Below, piece by piece: positions 48,957 through 59,788 of a DNA stretch of 64,000 nt. The notes under the pieces are model-generated. The model was not told the origin of the DNA. It ran no database searches and saw only the letters and a program-made list of their open reading frames with translations. Made by a program: the position numbers and the translations under genes. The number at the start of each line of letters is the position of its first letter. The stretch's first letter is position 1. Origin of the DNA: Pseudomonadota bacterium (GTDB lineage Bacteria > Pseudomonadota > Gammaproteobacteria > Burkholderiales > Thiobacillaceae); assembly GCA_043821985.1 (NCBI GenBank), contig JBDRCF010000012.1:40471-104470 (forward strand). The letters run 5' to 3'.

Positions 48957-51275
48957 TCAACCAATGGCACGCATCGCCGCAGAGCCGTGCGCGTGAATGT
49001 CTTCAAGACGAGTGCGTTTGAGCAGCAGCGCGTTGATAGCCACCATGGCCGAGCTGCCGGACATCGCGAGCGCGGCAACCTCGGGGCTGATAACGAAGGG
49101 ATAGAACACCCCGGCGGCGAGCGGAAAGGCGACCACGTTGTAGGCCACGGCCCACACCAGACTCTGGTGCATCTTGCGCAGCGTGGCGTGTGACAGGGCA
49201 ATCGCCCCGACCACGTCGAGCGGATCGCTCTTCATCAGCACTATGTCGGCGCTTTCCATGGCAACGTCGGTGCCCGCGCCGATGGCAAAGCCCACATCGG
49301 CTTGCGTCAGCGCCGGCGCGTCGTTGATGCCGTCCCCGACCATACCGACTTTCTTGCCTCGTGCCTGCAATGCCTTCACCTTGTCGGCCTTTTGCCCGGG
49401 CAGTACGTCGGCGAGCACGAGACCGATGCCCAGCCCTGCGGCAATGCGCTCGGCCGTCGCCTGATTGTCTCCGGTGAGCATTGCCACCTGAACGCCTTGC
49501 TCGCGCAGTTTGCGCACCGTCGCCGCTGAAGTCGGTCGCGCCGCATCGGCAATGGCAATGAGGCCGACCAATTCGCCCCCGTGCGCGACGTGCACCACCG
49601 TCCGCCCGCCCCCCTGCATTGCATCGGCCCTGGCTTCGAGTCCGTTCATGCCGACTTTCTCGGCCTGCATCAACTTGCGATTGCCCAGCAGCACTGCGCG
49701 CCCATCAACTTCGCCCCTGGCGCCCATGCCGTCGATGTTGGTAAAGCCGTTTACCGGCTGCGTCGCCAGGCTTCCGGCGCGCTTGAGGATGGCCTGTGCC
49801 AAAGGGTGCTCGGAGCCTTGCTCTACGGCGGCGGCGAGCGCGAGCACCGCGTCTTCGCTGGCACCCGGCGCAGCTGCTATTTCCACCACGTCTGGCTGGC
49901 CCAGAGTGAGGGTGCCGGTCTTGTCGAAGATGATGATGTCGAGCCGGGTCGCCTCCTCGAGTGCTGCGGCGTTCTTGAACAAGATGCCGTTCATTGCACC
50001 GATGCCGGTGCCGACCATCACCGCCATCGGTGTGGCAAGCCCCAGGGCGTCCGGACAGGCGATGACGAATACCGTAATCGTCAGGGTGAGCGCAAACAGT
50101 AGCGTCTGCCCCAGCCATCCGAACCACACTGCGAAGGTTGCCAAGCCGATCACCAGTGCGATCAGCACCAGCCATTGCGAGGCGCGGTCGGCCAGCAATT
50201 GCGTCCGCGCCTTCGAGTTCTGCGCTTCCTGCACCAGCTTGACGATCTGCGCCAGCGCAGTATCGGCGCCGACCTTGGTGGCGCGATAGACGAAGCTGCC
50301 GCTCTTGTTGAGGGTGGCGCCAATCACCGTGTCGCCGGGCTTCTTGCCGACCGGCATGGATTCGCCGGTGAGCATGGATTCATCCACTTGCGACTCGCCT
50401 TCCGTCACTTCGCCGTCTACCGGGATCTTGCTGCCGGGGCGAATCATGAGCAGATCCCCTGCCATCACCTCGGCGGTGGGCAATTGCGTTTCGTGCCCTT
50501 CACGGATCACCGTGGCCAGCGGCGGGGCAAGATCGAGCAGCGTGCGGATTGCCGCCGAGGCACCGGCGCGGGCACGCATCTCCAGCCAGTGGCCGAGCAG
50601 AATAAATACCAGCAGTACCGCTACCGCCTCGTAGAACTGCACCCCCGTGAAGAAAAAGGTCGCGCCCACGCTGAACAGATAGCCCGTGCCGACCGACATC
50701 ACCACCAGCACCGCCATGTTGAGTACGCCGTTTTTGAGCGCACGCCAGGCGGCGACCACAAACGGCCAGACCGGATAGAGCACCGCGACGCTGGCGAGCA
50801 GGAACAGCCAGACATTGAGGGGCAGGTCGAACGGTGGCACCGGCGGGGTGAACGTGCCGCCCATGGGGGAATAGACGAAGACCGGCACGGTAAACGCGGT
50901 TGCGATGAGGAATCGGTTGCGCATGTCGCGCACCATTGCCTGCATGTCCATGCCGGCGCCGTGGCCCATCTCATGCGCCGTCGAGTCCGCCATCGCTTCA
51001 TGAGCTTCATGCGTGCGGCCGGCTGCACGCCGCTCTTCGGGGGCGCAGAGGTGTCTGGGCAGTTGCGCGCCGGCGCAGTGGTAACCGCACTCGCGTACGC
51101 CAGCCTCAATGGCATGGAGATCGGTGGCGGTTTCGTCGTAGGCAACCGTGGCGCTGCCGGCGACATAATTCACTTCGGCCGTGTGTATGCCTGGCAGCCT
51201 CAAGAGCTGCTTCTCGATGCCGCGTGCGCTCAGCGCCGACAACAAGCCTGTGACTTCGATGGTCGCGGTTTGCAT
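48957..51275 (-). CDS. Heavy-metal (copper-type) P1B ATPase with CPD motif
   Basis: [41 protein letters not shown] and MSGSS TM signatures. Confidence 0.95.
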   Translation of the reverse strand: MQTATIEVTGLLSALSARGIEKQLLRLPGIHTAEVNYVAGSATVAYDETATDLHAIEAGVRECGYHCAGAQLPRHLCAPEERRAAGRTHEAHEAMADSTAHEMGHGAGMDMQAMVRDMRNRFLIATAFTVPVFVYSPMGGTFTPPVPPFDLPLNVWLFLLASVAVLYPVWPFVVAAWRALKNGVLNMAVLVVMSVGTGYLFSVGATFFFTGVQFYEAVAVLLVFILLGHWLEMRARAGASAAIRTLLDLAPPLATVIREGHETQLPTAEVMAGDLLMIRPGSKIPVDGEVTEGESQVDESMLTGESMPVGKKPGDTVIGATLNKSGSFVYRATKVGADTALAQIVKLVQEAQNSKARTQLLADRASQWLVLIALVIGLATFAVWFGWLGQTLLFALTLTITVFVIACPDALGLATPMAVMVGTGIGAMNGILFKNAAALEEATRLDIIIFDKTGTLTLGQPDVVEIAAAPGASEDAVLALAAAVEQGSEHPLAQAILKRAGSLATQPVNGFTNIDGMGARGEVDGRAVLLGNRKLMQAEKVGMNGLEARADAMQGGGRTVVHVAHGGELVGLIAIADAARPTSAATVRKLREQGVQVAMLTGDNQATAERIAAGLGIGLVLADVLPGQKADKVKALQARGKKVGMVGDGINDAPALTQADVGFAIGAGTDVAMESADIVLMKSDPLDVVGAIALSHATLRKMHQSLVWAVAYNVVAFPLAAGVFYPFVISPEVAALAMSGSSAMVAINALLLKRTRLEDIHAHGSAAMRAIG

Positions 51276-51330
51276 GAGGTGGCCTCCGCGCGTGACTTAT
51301 CAGTGTTGCCTTGGCCAAACGGCCACGATC

Positions 51331-51543
51331 TCACTCCGCCAGATCGGCGCGCCGTTTCAGGAACTCATCCCGGTCGATTTCACCGCGGGCATAACGTTCT
51401 TCCAGGATGTCCAGCGCGGTGCGCCCGGGTTTCCAGTTCCGGTCGCGGATGGCGTAGCTGACCACCAGGGCGATCAGCAGGAGCGGGATGAGCCAGACCA
51501 GGATCATCGCCCACCCCATGCCGTAATGTTCAAAGCCAAGCAT
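51331..51543 (-). CDS. SHOCT domain small membrane protein
   Basis: One TM segment plus ALDILEERYARGEIDRDEF. Confidence 0.88.
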   Translation of the reverse strand: MLGFEHYGMGWAMILVWLIPLLLIALVVSYAIRDRNWKPGRTALDILEERYARGEIDRDEFLKRRADLAE

Positions 51544-51577
51544 GTCCCGCCTCCTTGTCCGGCGCGCCGGATTTCGC

Positions 51578-52045
51578 TCACTTGGCTGCTGGCTTGCCCG
51601 TATTCATCTGCATCATGTCCATGCGCTTCTCCATCATGTCCATGCGTTTTTCCATCATCATCATCATGTTGTCCTGCCCGGCCATGCCGCCTTTGCCCCC
51701 CATCATGCCCATACCCATGCCGCCGCCCATCATGCCGTCCTCCATCATCGGACAGCCCATCATGTCGCCCATCATGCTTCTCCCCGCCATCATGTTTTCC
51801 CGATTGGTCTGCATGTATTCCTGCATCAGTTTCTGGCGTTGTTTCGGGTCTTTAGACTTGGCCATCTGCTCCAGCTGGCTTTGCATGCGTTTGGTATTGG
51901 CCTGCATCTTCTGGATCGTCTGCTCGGCAGTGGGCGCTGCCGCGCCGGTTTTTTGTTGATCGGGGTGGTGCGCGTCAACCGCGAGAACGGGCTGTATGGC
52001 CAGGGTGGAAAGCAGCAGGGCGGCAAATAGTGCGTGGCGTTTCAT
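51578..52045 (-). CDS. Periplasmic Met-rich putative copper-binding protein
   Basis: Signal peptide, AHHPD, long MMG/MMM runs. Confidence 0.85.
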   Translation of the reverse strand: MKRHALFAALLLSTLAIQPVLAVDAHHPDQQKTGAAAPTAEQTIQKMQANTKRMQSQLEQMAKSKDPKQRQKLMQEYMQTNRENMMAGRSMMGDMMGCPMMEDGMMGGGMGMGMMGGKGGMAGQDNMMMMMEKRMDMMEKRMDMMQMNTGKPAAK

Positions 52046-52075
52046 GGTCAACTCCTTAGCGTGGAAAACTGGGGA

Positions 52076-52175
52076 TTACGGTTTGACGACTTCCGGGGCG
52101 TGGGCACTGTGGAGAACGCTGTATTTCTTTCCCGGAATCATAGTCATGGCAGGCATATCGAGGTTTCCAAGGAGG
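52076..52175 (-). pseudogene. Probable CusF remnant
   Basis: Minus-strand frame reads GNLDMPAMTMI..., the CusF Cu-ligand motif, with no start or signal peptide. Confidence 0.5.
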
Positions 52176-52228
52176 TGTGCAGCCCGCACAACTGAAACCT
52201 CAGTATGGGCACGTCTCCCCACAACAAG

Positions 52229-52255
52229 CTGACAGCAAAATGACAATGGCGTCAT
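52229..52255. promoter_or_regulatory. CusR/CopR-type box
   Basis: CTGACA-N5-ATGACA-N4-CGTCAT; same layout as 58849-58875. Confidence 0.7.
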
Positions 52256-52312
52256 CTGGAAACGGGTTGGATTTGAAGAAAATTGGCGGCAAATCCTGTG
52301 GCCGTTTCCAGG

Positions 52313-52747
52313 TTAATGGCTCATGTCGTGGGCATCAGGAGTCGCGGATGCCTTCTGCATGGGGGTGAACCGCGCCTGTAGCGCCGGCTGGCCCGCCAGC
52401 GCGATGGAAACCACGACTTTCATGTCTGGCGCAAGCTTGAACTGGCCCGTGCCTTTCATCTGGTTATCGCCCGCAGGCGTGAGCTTTACACTGGCCTTGC
52501 CCGTGCCGGATAGCAGGGTGGCGGTTCCCGTTGCGCCCTGGGTGCCCTGTTTTTTGCCGCTGTGATCCGTGACATAGACGCTCACTTCGCTGGCTTTGAC
52601 CACCAGTTCGAAATGGTACTGCTGCACCATGCGCAACTGACCGCCATGCGGCGCGGTTTGGGTGTCGAGATATTCGTCGCTATGGGCCAATGCGCCTTGC
52701 GAGAAAAGCAAAGCCAAAGCGAGGATGGATGGGTTCAGGTATTTCAT
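52313..52747 (-). CDS. Periplasmic hypothetical protein of metal-efflux operons
   Basis: Signal peptide (ALA|HSDE), APHGGQLRM..YHFELV, His/Met tail. Confidence 0.85.
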   Translation of the reverse strand: MKYLNPSILALALLFSQGALAHSDEYLDTQTAPHGGQLRMVQQYHFELVVKASEVSVYVTDHSGKKQGTQGATGTATLLSGTGKASVKLTPAGDNQMKGTGQFKLAPDMKVVVSIALAGQPALQARFTPMQKASATPDAHDMSH

Positions 52748-52790
52748 TTCAGGCTCCTTGGTAAGGTGTAAAAGAGGTGTGGCAGGTGCT

Positions 52791-55700
52791 TCAAAAATTC
52801 ACCTTGCCGCCCCGCGCCAGCAGTTTCAGCATCGGTCTCTCGCCCCACAGATAAAACATCACCGGGGTAAGCAAGGTATCCAGCAAGGTGGAACTCACCA
52901 GGCCGCCGAAAATCACCACCGCCACCGGATGCAGGATTTCCTTGCCCGGGTCGCCGCCGGACAGCATCAGCGGAATCAGGGCGAAGGCCGCGACCAACGC
53001 GGTCATCAGCACCGGCGTCAGGCGTTCCAGGCTGCCGCGGACGATCATGCTTTTGCCGAACACCTCGCCCTCGTGCGCCACCAGGTTGATGTAGTGGCTG
53101 ATTTTCAGGATGCCGTTGCGCGTGCTGATGCCGGCCAGGGTGATGAAGCCGATCAGGCTCGCCACCGACAGCGTGCCGCCGGATAGCCACAGCGCGATGA
53201 CGCTGCCCACCAGCGCCAGCGGGATGTTGCCCATGATCATCAGCGACAGCGCGGCGGATTGGTAGCGGCTGTACAAGACCATGAAAATCAGCGCCAGCGA
53301 CACCAGCGACAGCCCCGTAATCAGCCGGCTGGCTTCTTCCTGCGCCTGGAACTGGCCTTCCAGCTGGGTGAAATAACCCTCCGGCAGCGGGTAGCGGGCA
53401 AGCTCGGCGCGGATGTCGCGGACGATCTGCGCCATGTCGGTGCCGTCGCTGTTGCCCATCAGCACCATGCGGCGGCGGCTGTTTTCGCGCAGGATCTGGT
53501 TGGGGCCGTCGCTGTCCTCAATGTCCGCGATCAGGCGCAGCGGAATGCGTCCGCTGGGCGTTTCAACCAGGAGGTTGCTCAGACCCTGCGCGCTGCGGTC
53601 GGCGTCGGCGAGGCGGATCATCACGTCGAAACGGCGGTTGCCTTCGATCACCTGTGCGGCGGTGGCGCCGTTGGATAGCGTTTCCAGCGCGCTGTTGATC
53701 GCCGCAGGGGTGACGCCATATTGCCGGGCCTTGGCGTAATCGACGCGGACTTGCAGTTGCGGGATGCGCACCTGTTTTTCCAGTTGCAAATCGACCAGGC
53801 CCGGAATATGGGCAAGCCTGGTTTGCAGCTGCCCTGCCAGACCGCGCAGGGTGTCCACGTCGTCACCGAAGATTTTCAGCACGATCTGCGCGCGTACCCC
53901 GGAGAGCATGTGGTCGAGCCGGTGCGAAATGGGCTGGCCGATGTTGAGCGAGGCGGGCAGCGGGGCGAGACGGTCGCGGATGTCCTGCAAAACGGCCTCG
54001 CGCGAGCGGGCGGATTTTTTGAGGTCTGCGTCGATCTCACTGTAATGCACGCCTTCCGCATGTTCGTCCAGCTCGGCGCGGCCGGTACGTCGCCCCACCT
54101 GGGTCACTTCCGGCACTTGCAGAATCAGTTGTTCCGCCAGGGTGCCGATGCGGTTCGACTCCGGCAGGGACGTGCCCGGATTCATCGCGACCGTGATGGT
54201 GAGCGTGCCTTCGTTAAACGCGGGCAGGAAGGAACGGGCGAAGAACGGCACGGCGGCCACTGCAAGCGCTACCGCGAGCAACCCCGCGCCGAGCACCAGC
54301 CTGCTGTGGTCGAACGACCATTGCAGCAGACCCGTATCCCATTGCTTGAGTTTTTTCACCAGTGGGCTGTCGCCGTGCTCCAGCCGTTTCATTTTCGGCA
54401 GCAGGTAATAGCACAGCACTGGCGTCAGCGTCACCGACACCAGCATGCTGGCGAGAATGGAGACGATGTAGGCGACGCCCAGCGGCGCGAACAGCTTGCC
54501 CTCGATGCCGGACAGGACGAACAGTGGAACGAACACCAGCACGATGATGAGCGTGGCATAGACGATGGCGGAGCGCACTTCCAGCGTGGCGGCGGCGATC
54601 ACCTGCAGCACGGAGGCCTTGTCGCCTGCCGCCCGATTCTGCTTCAGACGCCGAAATACGTTTTCCACCCCCACCACCGCGTCGTCGACCAGCTCACCGA
54701 TGGCGATGGCCAGTCCCCCCAGCGTCATGGTGTTGATGGACAGCCCGAAGTATTTGAACACCAGCACCGTGATCAGGATGGAAACCGGGATCGCGGTGAG
54801 CGAGATGAACGTGGTGCGGAAATTGAGCAGGAACAGGAACAGCACCACAGCCACCATGATGGCGCCGTCGCGCAAGGCTTCCTCCACGTTGCCCACCGAG
54901 CTTTCGATGAAGTGGGCCTGCTTGAACAGGATGTCTTTTGTTGCGATGCCGGCGGGCATGCTCCGGTTCAGTTCGGCGAGCGCCGCCTCGATTTCGCGCG
55001 TGAGCTTGACCGTGTCCGCGCCTGGCTGCTTCTGCACCGACAGGATCACCGCGGGTTTGCCCATGAAGCTCGCGTCGCCGCGCTTCAGGCGGGCGGCGAA
55101 TTCCACCCGGGCGACCTGCCTGAGCAGGATGGGCTGAGCGTCGCGGTAGCCGACCACCAGATCCTGCAAGTCTTCCAGCCTGGTGGTGCGCCCGATATTG
55201 CGGATCAGGTATTCCTGCGCCAGCGATTCCAGGAAGCCGCCGCTGGTATTGGTGGCGAAGCCTTTGAGCGTGGCTTCCATCTGCTCCAGCGTGATGCCCA
55301 GTCTGCCCATGTTGGCTGAATCGGGAGTGACCCGGTATTGCTTCACTTCGCCGCCGATGGGGATCACCTGCGACACGCCGGCAATCGTCAGCAGGCGAGG
55401 GCGCACCACCCAGTCCGCCAGTTCGCGCGCCTGCATCGGATTCGCCTTGGCGGGGTCGGCGGTCATCGCGATCAGCATGATCTCGCCCATGATGGAACTG
55501 ATCGGCCCCATTTGCGGCGTGATGCCGGCGGGTATCTGCTCCTTGACCAGAGACAAGCGTTCGGCGATCTGCTGGCGGTTGCGGTAGATATCGGTACCCC
55601 AGTCGAACTCCACGTACACGACCGACAATCCGATGCCGGAAACCGAGCGCACCCGCGTCACCCCCGGCAGCCCGTTCATCGCCGTCTCGATGGGGAAGCT

Positions 55701-55895
55701 AATGAGCTGCTCCACTTCTTCCGGCGCCATGCCGGCGGCCTCGGTCATCAGCGTCACGGTGGGTTTGTTGAGATCGGGGAACACATCCACCGGCAGCTGG
55801 TTCAGGCTGAGCAGGCCGTACACCAGCAGCAGGAGCGACGCTGCAACGACAAACAGGCGCTGGTTCAGGCTGGATTGAATAATGGCTTTAAACAT
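52791..55895 (-). CDS. CusA/CzcA family heavy-metal RND permease
   Basis: [51 protein letters not shown]. Confidence 0.95.
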   Translation of the reverse strand: MFKAIIQSSLNQRLFVVAASLLLLVYGLLSLNQLPVDVFPDLNKPTVTLMTEAAGMAPEEVEQLISFPIETAMNGLPGVTRVRSVSGIGLSVVYVEFDWGTDIYRNRQQIAERLSLVKEQIPAGITPQMGPISSIMGEIMLIAMTADPAKANPMQARELADWVVRPRLLTIAGVSQVIPIGGEVKQYRVTPDSANMGRLGITLEQMEATLKGFATNTSGGFLESLAQEYLIRNIGRTTRLEDLQDLVVGYRDAQPILLRQVARVEFAARLKRGDASFMGKPAVILSVQKQPGADTVKLTREIEAALAELNRSMPAGIATKDILFKQAHFIESSVGNVEEALRDGAIMVAVVLFLFLLNFRTTFISLTAIPVSILITVLVFKYFGLSINTMTLGGLAIAIGELVDDAVVGVENVFRRLKQNRAAGDKASVLQVIAAATLEVRSAIVYATLIIVLVFVPLFVLSGIEGKLFAPLGVAYIVSILASMLVSVTLTPVLCYYLLPKMKRLEHGDSPLVKKLKQWDTGLLQWSFDHSRLVLGAGLLAVALAVAAVPFFARSFLPAFNEGTLTITVAMNPGTSLPESNRIGTLAEQLILQVPEVTQVGRRTGRAELDEHAEGVHYSEIDADLKKSARSREAVLQDIRDRLAPLPASLNIGQPISHRLDHMLSGVRAQIVLKIFGDDVDTLRGLAGQLQTRLAHIPGLVDLQLEKQVRIPQLQVRVDYAKARQYGVTPAAINSALETLSNGATAAQVIEGNRRFDVMIRLADADRSAQGLSNLLVETPSGRIPLRLIADIEDSDGPNQILRENSRRRMVLMGNSDGTDMAQIVRDIRAELARYPLPEGYFTQLEGQFQAQEEASRLITGLSLVSLALIFMVLYSRYQSAALSLMIMGNIPLALVGSVIALWLSGGTLSVASLIGFITLAGISTRNGILKISHYINLVAHEGEVFGKSMIVRGSLERLTPVLMTALVAAFALIPLMLSGGDPGKEILHPVAVVIFGGLVSSTLLDTLLTPVMFYLWGERPMLKLLARGGKVNF

Positions 55896-55903
55896 GGCGT
55901 CTG

Positions 55904-57598
55904 CTAGCGGATCTGGGTAAGCAGTGCCGCGCCCTGCGTCACCACCCGGTCGCCGTCATGCAGTCCTTCCAGCACCGCGACCGTATGGGCATCCAGCGGC
56001 TGCACTTTCACTTTTTGCGGCACGAAGCGTTCGGCGGCGGCGTGCACCCATACCATGGTTTCCCCGCTGCTGTTTTTCGTGACGCTGCCTTGCGGCACGG
56101 CAATGCCACGGAGGGTCTGCCGGGTTTGCACGAACACCTGCACCGGCTGGCCCACGCTCAATGCGGGCACCGGCGCCTGAATGCCGAACTGCATCGGCAA
56201 GGCCTGTTCGCGCAGCTGGTAACTCTGGCCGATGAACGCCAGCCGCAACGGCTGGTTGCCAGCGGTCAGGCCGGAAGCGCCCGCCACCTGCCCGGATAGC
56301 GCAGTGTCGTAGGCAACGGCCTCCACCCGCAGCCGGGATGGATCGATCACTTCAAACAGGATTTCCCGGGCATCCACCACCTGTCCCGCGACCACGCTGG
56401 ACTGGCTCACCACACCGGCAACCGGCGCGCGCAGGGCTTCGCGCTGGAACAGGCTGGCCGCCACCGCCGCCTTGCGCGCCTTGAGGCTGATTGCTTCGGC
56501 CCGCGCCGCGTCGATCTCTTTTTGCGGCAGGCTGCCCGCCAGTTGTTCCAGCCGCTGCGCGCGCGTTTCGGCGAGGCCGAGGCGGCTGCTCAACTCGGCC
56601 AGTTGCGCCTGCTGGTTACCCGTGTCGATGCTGCTGGCGGCAGGTTCGATCCAGGCCAGGATTTGCCTTTTTCCTACCTTCATCCCCAAAGCGGGAAAGC
56701 CGCCGGCGGGCGCGGCTATGCGCCCGGCCTGGCTGGATTGCACGCGTCCGCTGAAATTCGGGTCGGCACTGATCTGGCCGTTGAGCGTCACGGTCCGGGC
56801 GATGTCGCGCGGCTCGCCCAACACGGTGCGGATGCCGAGCAGCCGCTGCGCAGGCTTGGGCATGACAACGCTGCCGTCGGGCAAACGCACAGGCGCACGC
56901 TGCGCAGCGGCTGGCATGACGTTCACCGCAGTAGCAGCGGGTGCGGCTTTGGGCGGGTCGCCGTGATCCTCGTCGCCGTGGGCGAAGCCTGGATGGCTGT
57001 GCCCGCCGAGCAGCACGGCCACCAGTACAGGCAAGGCCAGGCTTGCCGCCGCGCCCTTGCGGCGGCGGATGAATTTGAACAGAACAAGTAGTGCGATAAC
57101 GCCTGTCATGCCGCCCACCGCCCATTTCCCGTAGTCGAGCCAGGCGTGCCCGCGGGCTTCGCCAGGTTTCAGTCCGGGTATTTGCAAGCGGCCGATCAGC
57201 AAATCTTCCACACCGGCGGCTTCCACGCTCACCACCACTTCATACGTGCCGGGCTGCTTCAGCCAGTCCGCGGCGGCCGTGTAACTGCCGTCTTGCACCG
57301 GCCGCAGCTGAAGCTTGTGCCCGTTGCCGTTGGTGCTTTCCAGCTCGATTTTCGCGTTGAGGATGGGTTCGTTGGTGGCGTAGCGGTCGGCATAGGCAGT
57401 GAGCCTGCCGTCCCGGACCATGCCCAGCAGTTCCACCTCGGGCGACTTCAATTCCAGCTGCGGCCCGGGCGCGGACAGGTTGACTGGCGCACGCGCCTCG
57501 TCGCCATGGTCTTCGCCGCCGTGGGCCAGGACGCAGCGTGGCATCAGCAAAGCCAGTATCCATGGCAAATGAAGCGCCATTTTTTTGAGTGTCGTCAC
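55904..57598 (-). CDS. Heavy-metal RND adaptor (MFP) with N-terminal HGGEDH/HGDEDH extensions
   Basis: GTG start overlaps the TolC stop; [27 protein letters not shown]. Confidence 0.9.
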   Translation of the reverse strand: MTTLKKMALHLPWILALLMPRCVLAHGGEDHGDEARAPVNLSAPGPQLELKSPEVELLGMVRDGRLTAYADRYATNEPILNAKIELESTNGNGHKLQLRPVQDGSYTAAADWLKQPGTYEVVVSVEAAGVEDLLIGRLQIPGLKPGEARGHAWLDYGKWAVGGMTGVIALLVLFKFIRRRKGAAASLALPVLVAVLLGGHSHPGFAHGDEDHGDPPKAAPAATAVNVMPAAAQRAPVRLPDGSVVMPKPAQRLLGIRTVLGEPRDIARTVTLNGQISADPNFSGRVQSSQAGRIAAPAGGFPALGMKVGKRQILAWIEPAASSIDTGNQQAQLAELSSRLGLAETRAQRLEQLAGSLPQKEIDAARAEAISLKARKAAVAASLFQREALRAPVAGVVSQSSVVAGQVVDAREILFEVIDPSRLRVEAVAYDTALSGQVAGASGLTAGNQPLRLAFIGQSYQLREQALPMQFGIQAPVPALSVGQPVQVFVQTRQTLRGIAVPQGSVTKNSSGETMVWVHAAAERFVPQKVKVQPLDAHTVAVLEGLHDGDRVVTQGAALLTQIR

Positions 57599-58785
57599 GG
57601 CAATATTCCCTGAGCTTGGTTGAGGCGGCCGTGTGCCAGCGCCAGCGCGATTTCTTGTTGCATGCAAGCCTGTCCGGCTTCAAACGCGGACGCACGGGCG
57701 CGCAGCAAGGTGAACAGATCGGTTTCGCCGAGATCGAAGGATTTCTGGATCAGCCCGAGATTTTCCTGCGCTGCGGCACGCTGTTGATGCGCCAATTCCA
57801 GCAGTTGATCTGCGGCTTGCAGGGCTTGTTCCGCCTGCTGGAGCTGGAATTCCAGCGTGAGCCGGGTGCGCTTGTATTGACCCTGCGCATCGGTAAGCGC
57901 GGTTTGGGCGGCGCTGGTGAGTGGCAGGTTGCGCGCATCCGTGGACAAGGGCAGGCGCAGGCTGACTTCCACGGAGCCGGCGTAGGAGTCGTTCGGGCTG
58001 CCACGCTCCTGGCGCACGCTGAATCCAAGTTCCGGGTTGTCGCGGCGTGATTCGCTTGCCAAGCGCACTTGCGCCTGCGCCGTTGCGATCGCCTGGCGCG
58101 CCGCTTCCAGCAACGGATGGTCGTCAGGCAAGGGCTTTGGCTGCGCGCTTTCCGCAATATCGTCAGGCAAGACTGCCATGCCGGTAAGGGTGGAATAGGC
58201 TTGCTGCGCATGGAGTAGCTGGGTACGGCTTAGCAAAACCGCTGCCTGGGCGGTGCGCCATTCATTCTGTGCCAGATTCAAATCGGTCTTGGCCAATTCC
58301 CCTGCCCGAACCCGCTTGGCGACATCGTCCGCCAGTTTCTTCGCGGTGAGTGCGCGTGCTTCGTCGAACTGGATTTGCGCTTGAGCCTGGCGCGTTTGCC
58401 AGATCGCCTCGCGCAGTTCTCCAACCAGTTTCAGGCGCAGCGCACGAATACTGGCTTCCAGGCCACTCTTGCCGACTCGTGCCTGACTCTGCCGCGCATC
58501 ACGCTGACCGGGCAGCCAGATGGGCAAGGCGATGCCGGCTTCCCATTCGTTGAGGCCGTCATTGTTGGTCAACTGGTCGCCGCGATGACGCAAAATGACG
58601 GCGGGTGCGCTTGGCAGCAGGCTGTTGGCGGCGACGGTCTGGGCCTTGCTTTCCGCGCGCTTCGCCTCCAGGGTTTGCGCTTGGGGGCTGGTTGCCCAGG
58701 CTTGATCCAGCACTGCGCGCAAGCTCACTGCGCAAGCGGGTTGCATGAGCAGCAAGCCGGCAAAAATCAACAGGGCGCGACGCAT
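57595..58785 (-). CDS. TolC/CzcC family outer membrane protein
   Basis: Signal peptide, PIWLPGQR, RVRAGELAKTD, SFDLGETDL. Confidence 0.92.
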   Translation of the reverse strand: MRRALLIFAGLLLMQPACAVSLRAVLDQAWATSPQAQTLEAKRAESKAQTVAANSLLPSAPAVILRHRGDQLTNNDGLNEWEAGIALPIWLPGQRDARQSQARVGKSGLEASIRALRLKLVGELREAIWQTRQAQAQIQFDEARALTAKKLADDVAKRVRAGELAKTDLNLAQNEWRTAQAAVLLSRTQLLHAQQAYSTLTGMAVLPDDIAESAQPKPLPDDHPLLEAARQAIATAQAQVRLASESRRDNPELGFSVRQERGSPNDSYAGSVEVSLRLPLSTDARNLPLTSAAQTALTDAQGQYKRTRLTLEFQLQQAEQALQAADQLLELAHQQRAAAQENLGLIQKSFDLGETDLFTLLRARASAFEAGQACMQQEIALALAHGRLNQAQGILP

Positions 58786-58848
58786 GATGTTCTCGAATGT
58801 CAGGTTAAGTCGTTTAGCGCATCCTGCGGGCGCATGCCCAACGCCAAT

Positions 58849-58875
58849 CTGACAAGGTGATTACAAATCTGTCAT
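58849..58875. promoter_or_regulatory. CusR/CopR-type box in divergent promoter
   Basis: CTGACA-N5-ATTACA-N4-TGTCAT between the efflux operon and the response regulator. Confidence 0.75.
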
Positions 58876-58936
58876 GCGCATCTCCATCGGCGGCGAGCTG
58901 TGGCAGGATGCTTCCATCCAGTCTCATATTTCAACC

Positions 58937-59629
58937 ATGAAAATCCTGATCGTCGAAGACGAGCCCAAGACGGGCGATTACCTGAAGCAGGGTCTGACCG
59001 AAGCCGGTTTCGTCACGGATCTGGCGCGCGAGGGTTGGGACGGACTGGAACTTGCCAAAGCGGGACACTACGACCTGATGATCCTGGATGTGATGCTGCC
59101 CGGCATCAATGGCTGGCAGGTGCTCGAAGGCGTGCGTCGGGCCGGCATCGACATGCCGGTGCTGTTTCTGACCGCGCGCGACCAGGTCGAGGACAGGGTC
59201 AAGGGACTGGAACTGGGGGCCGACGATTATCTGGTGAAACCCTTTGCTTTTGCCGAGCTGCTGGCGCGGGTGCGCTCCCTGGTTCGCCGCGGCCATGCGG
59301 GACTCGAATCCGCCGTCCTCAAGGTGGCCGATCTGGAACTCGACCTGCTGCGGCGCCGCGCCATGCGGGCAGGACGCAAGATCGACCTCACCGCCAAGGA
59401 GTTCGCCCTGCTGGAACTGTTTCTGCGCCGCAAGGGCGAAGTGCTGCCGCGCAGCCTGATCGCCTCGCAGGTCTGGGACATGAATTTCGACTCCGACACC
59501 AATGTCATCGATGTGGCGGTGCGCCGGCTGCGGCTCAAGATCGACGAGGGGTTTGCATCCAGGCTCATCCACACGGTGCGGGGGATGGGCTACGTGCTGG
59601 AAACCTTTCCGCAAGACCTGGTGTCGTGA
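58937..59629 (+). CDS. cusR: Heavy-metal response regulator (CusR/CopR/CzcR family)
   Basis: [46 protein letters not shown]. Confidence 0.93.
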   Translation: MKILIVEDEPKTGDYLKQGLTEAGFVTDLAREGWDGLELAKAGHYDLMILDVMLPGINGWQVLEGVRRAGIDMPVLFLTARDQVEDRVKGLELGADDYLVKPFAFAELLARVRSLVRRGHAGLESAVLKVADLELDLLRRRAMRAGRKIDLTAKEFALLELFLRRKGEVLPRSLIASQVWDMNFDSDTNVIDVAVRRLRLKIDEGFASRLIHTVRGMGYVLETFPQDLVS

Positions 59630-59784
59630 ATCAGAAATATCGAAACATAAAACGGCGTCTTTTTCCGCATGGCGACGTTGCTCGTCGTTGCCATAGACCG
59701 AACTATGTCGCCTCCTCACGCCTTGCCCTGCGAAAAAATCCATCCGTTTCATTTTGTTCCGCTATTTCTGATTCACGACACTAG
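59618..59784. mobile_element. MITE-like non-autonomous element (~165 bp)
   Basis: Perfect 19-bp inverted repeats GTGTCGTGAATCAGAAATA (59621-59639) / TATTTCTGATTCACGACAC (59763-59781), flanked by CTGG/CTAG; removing it restores an ATGA overlap of regulator and kinase. Confidence 0.85.
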
Positions 59785-59788
59785 CCCC

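Noticed and set aside
51600-51800. Tandem CAT/ATG-rich repeats resembling an array
   Set aside because: Explained by Met-rich coding sequence; no repeat-spacer periodicity, not CRISPR.
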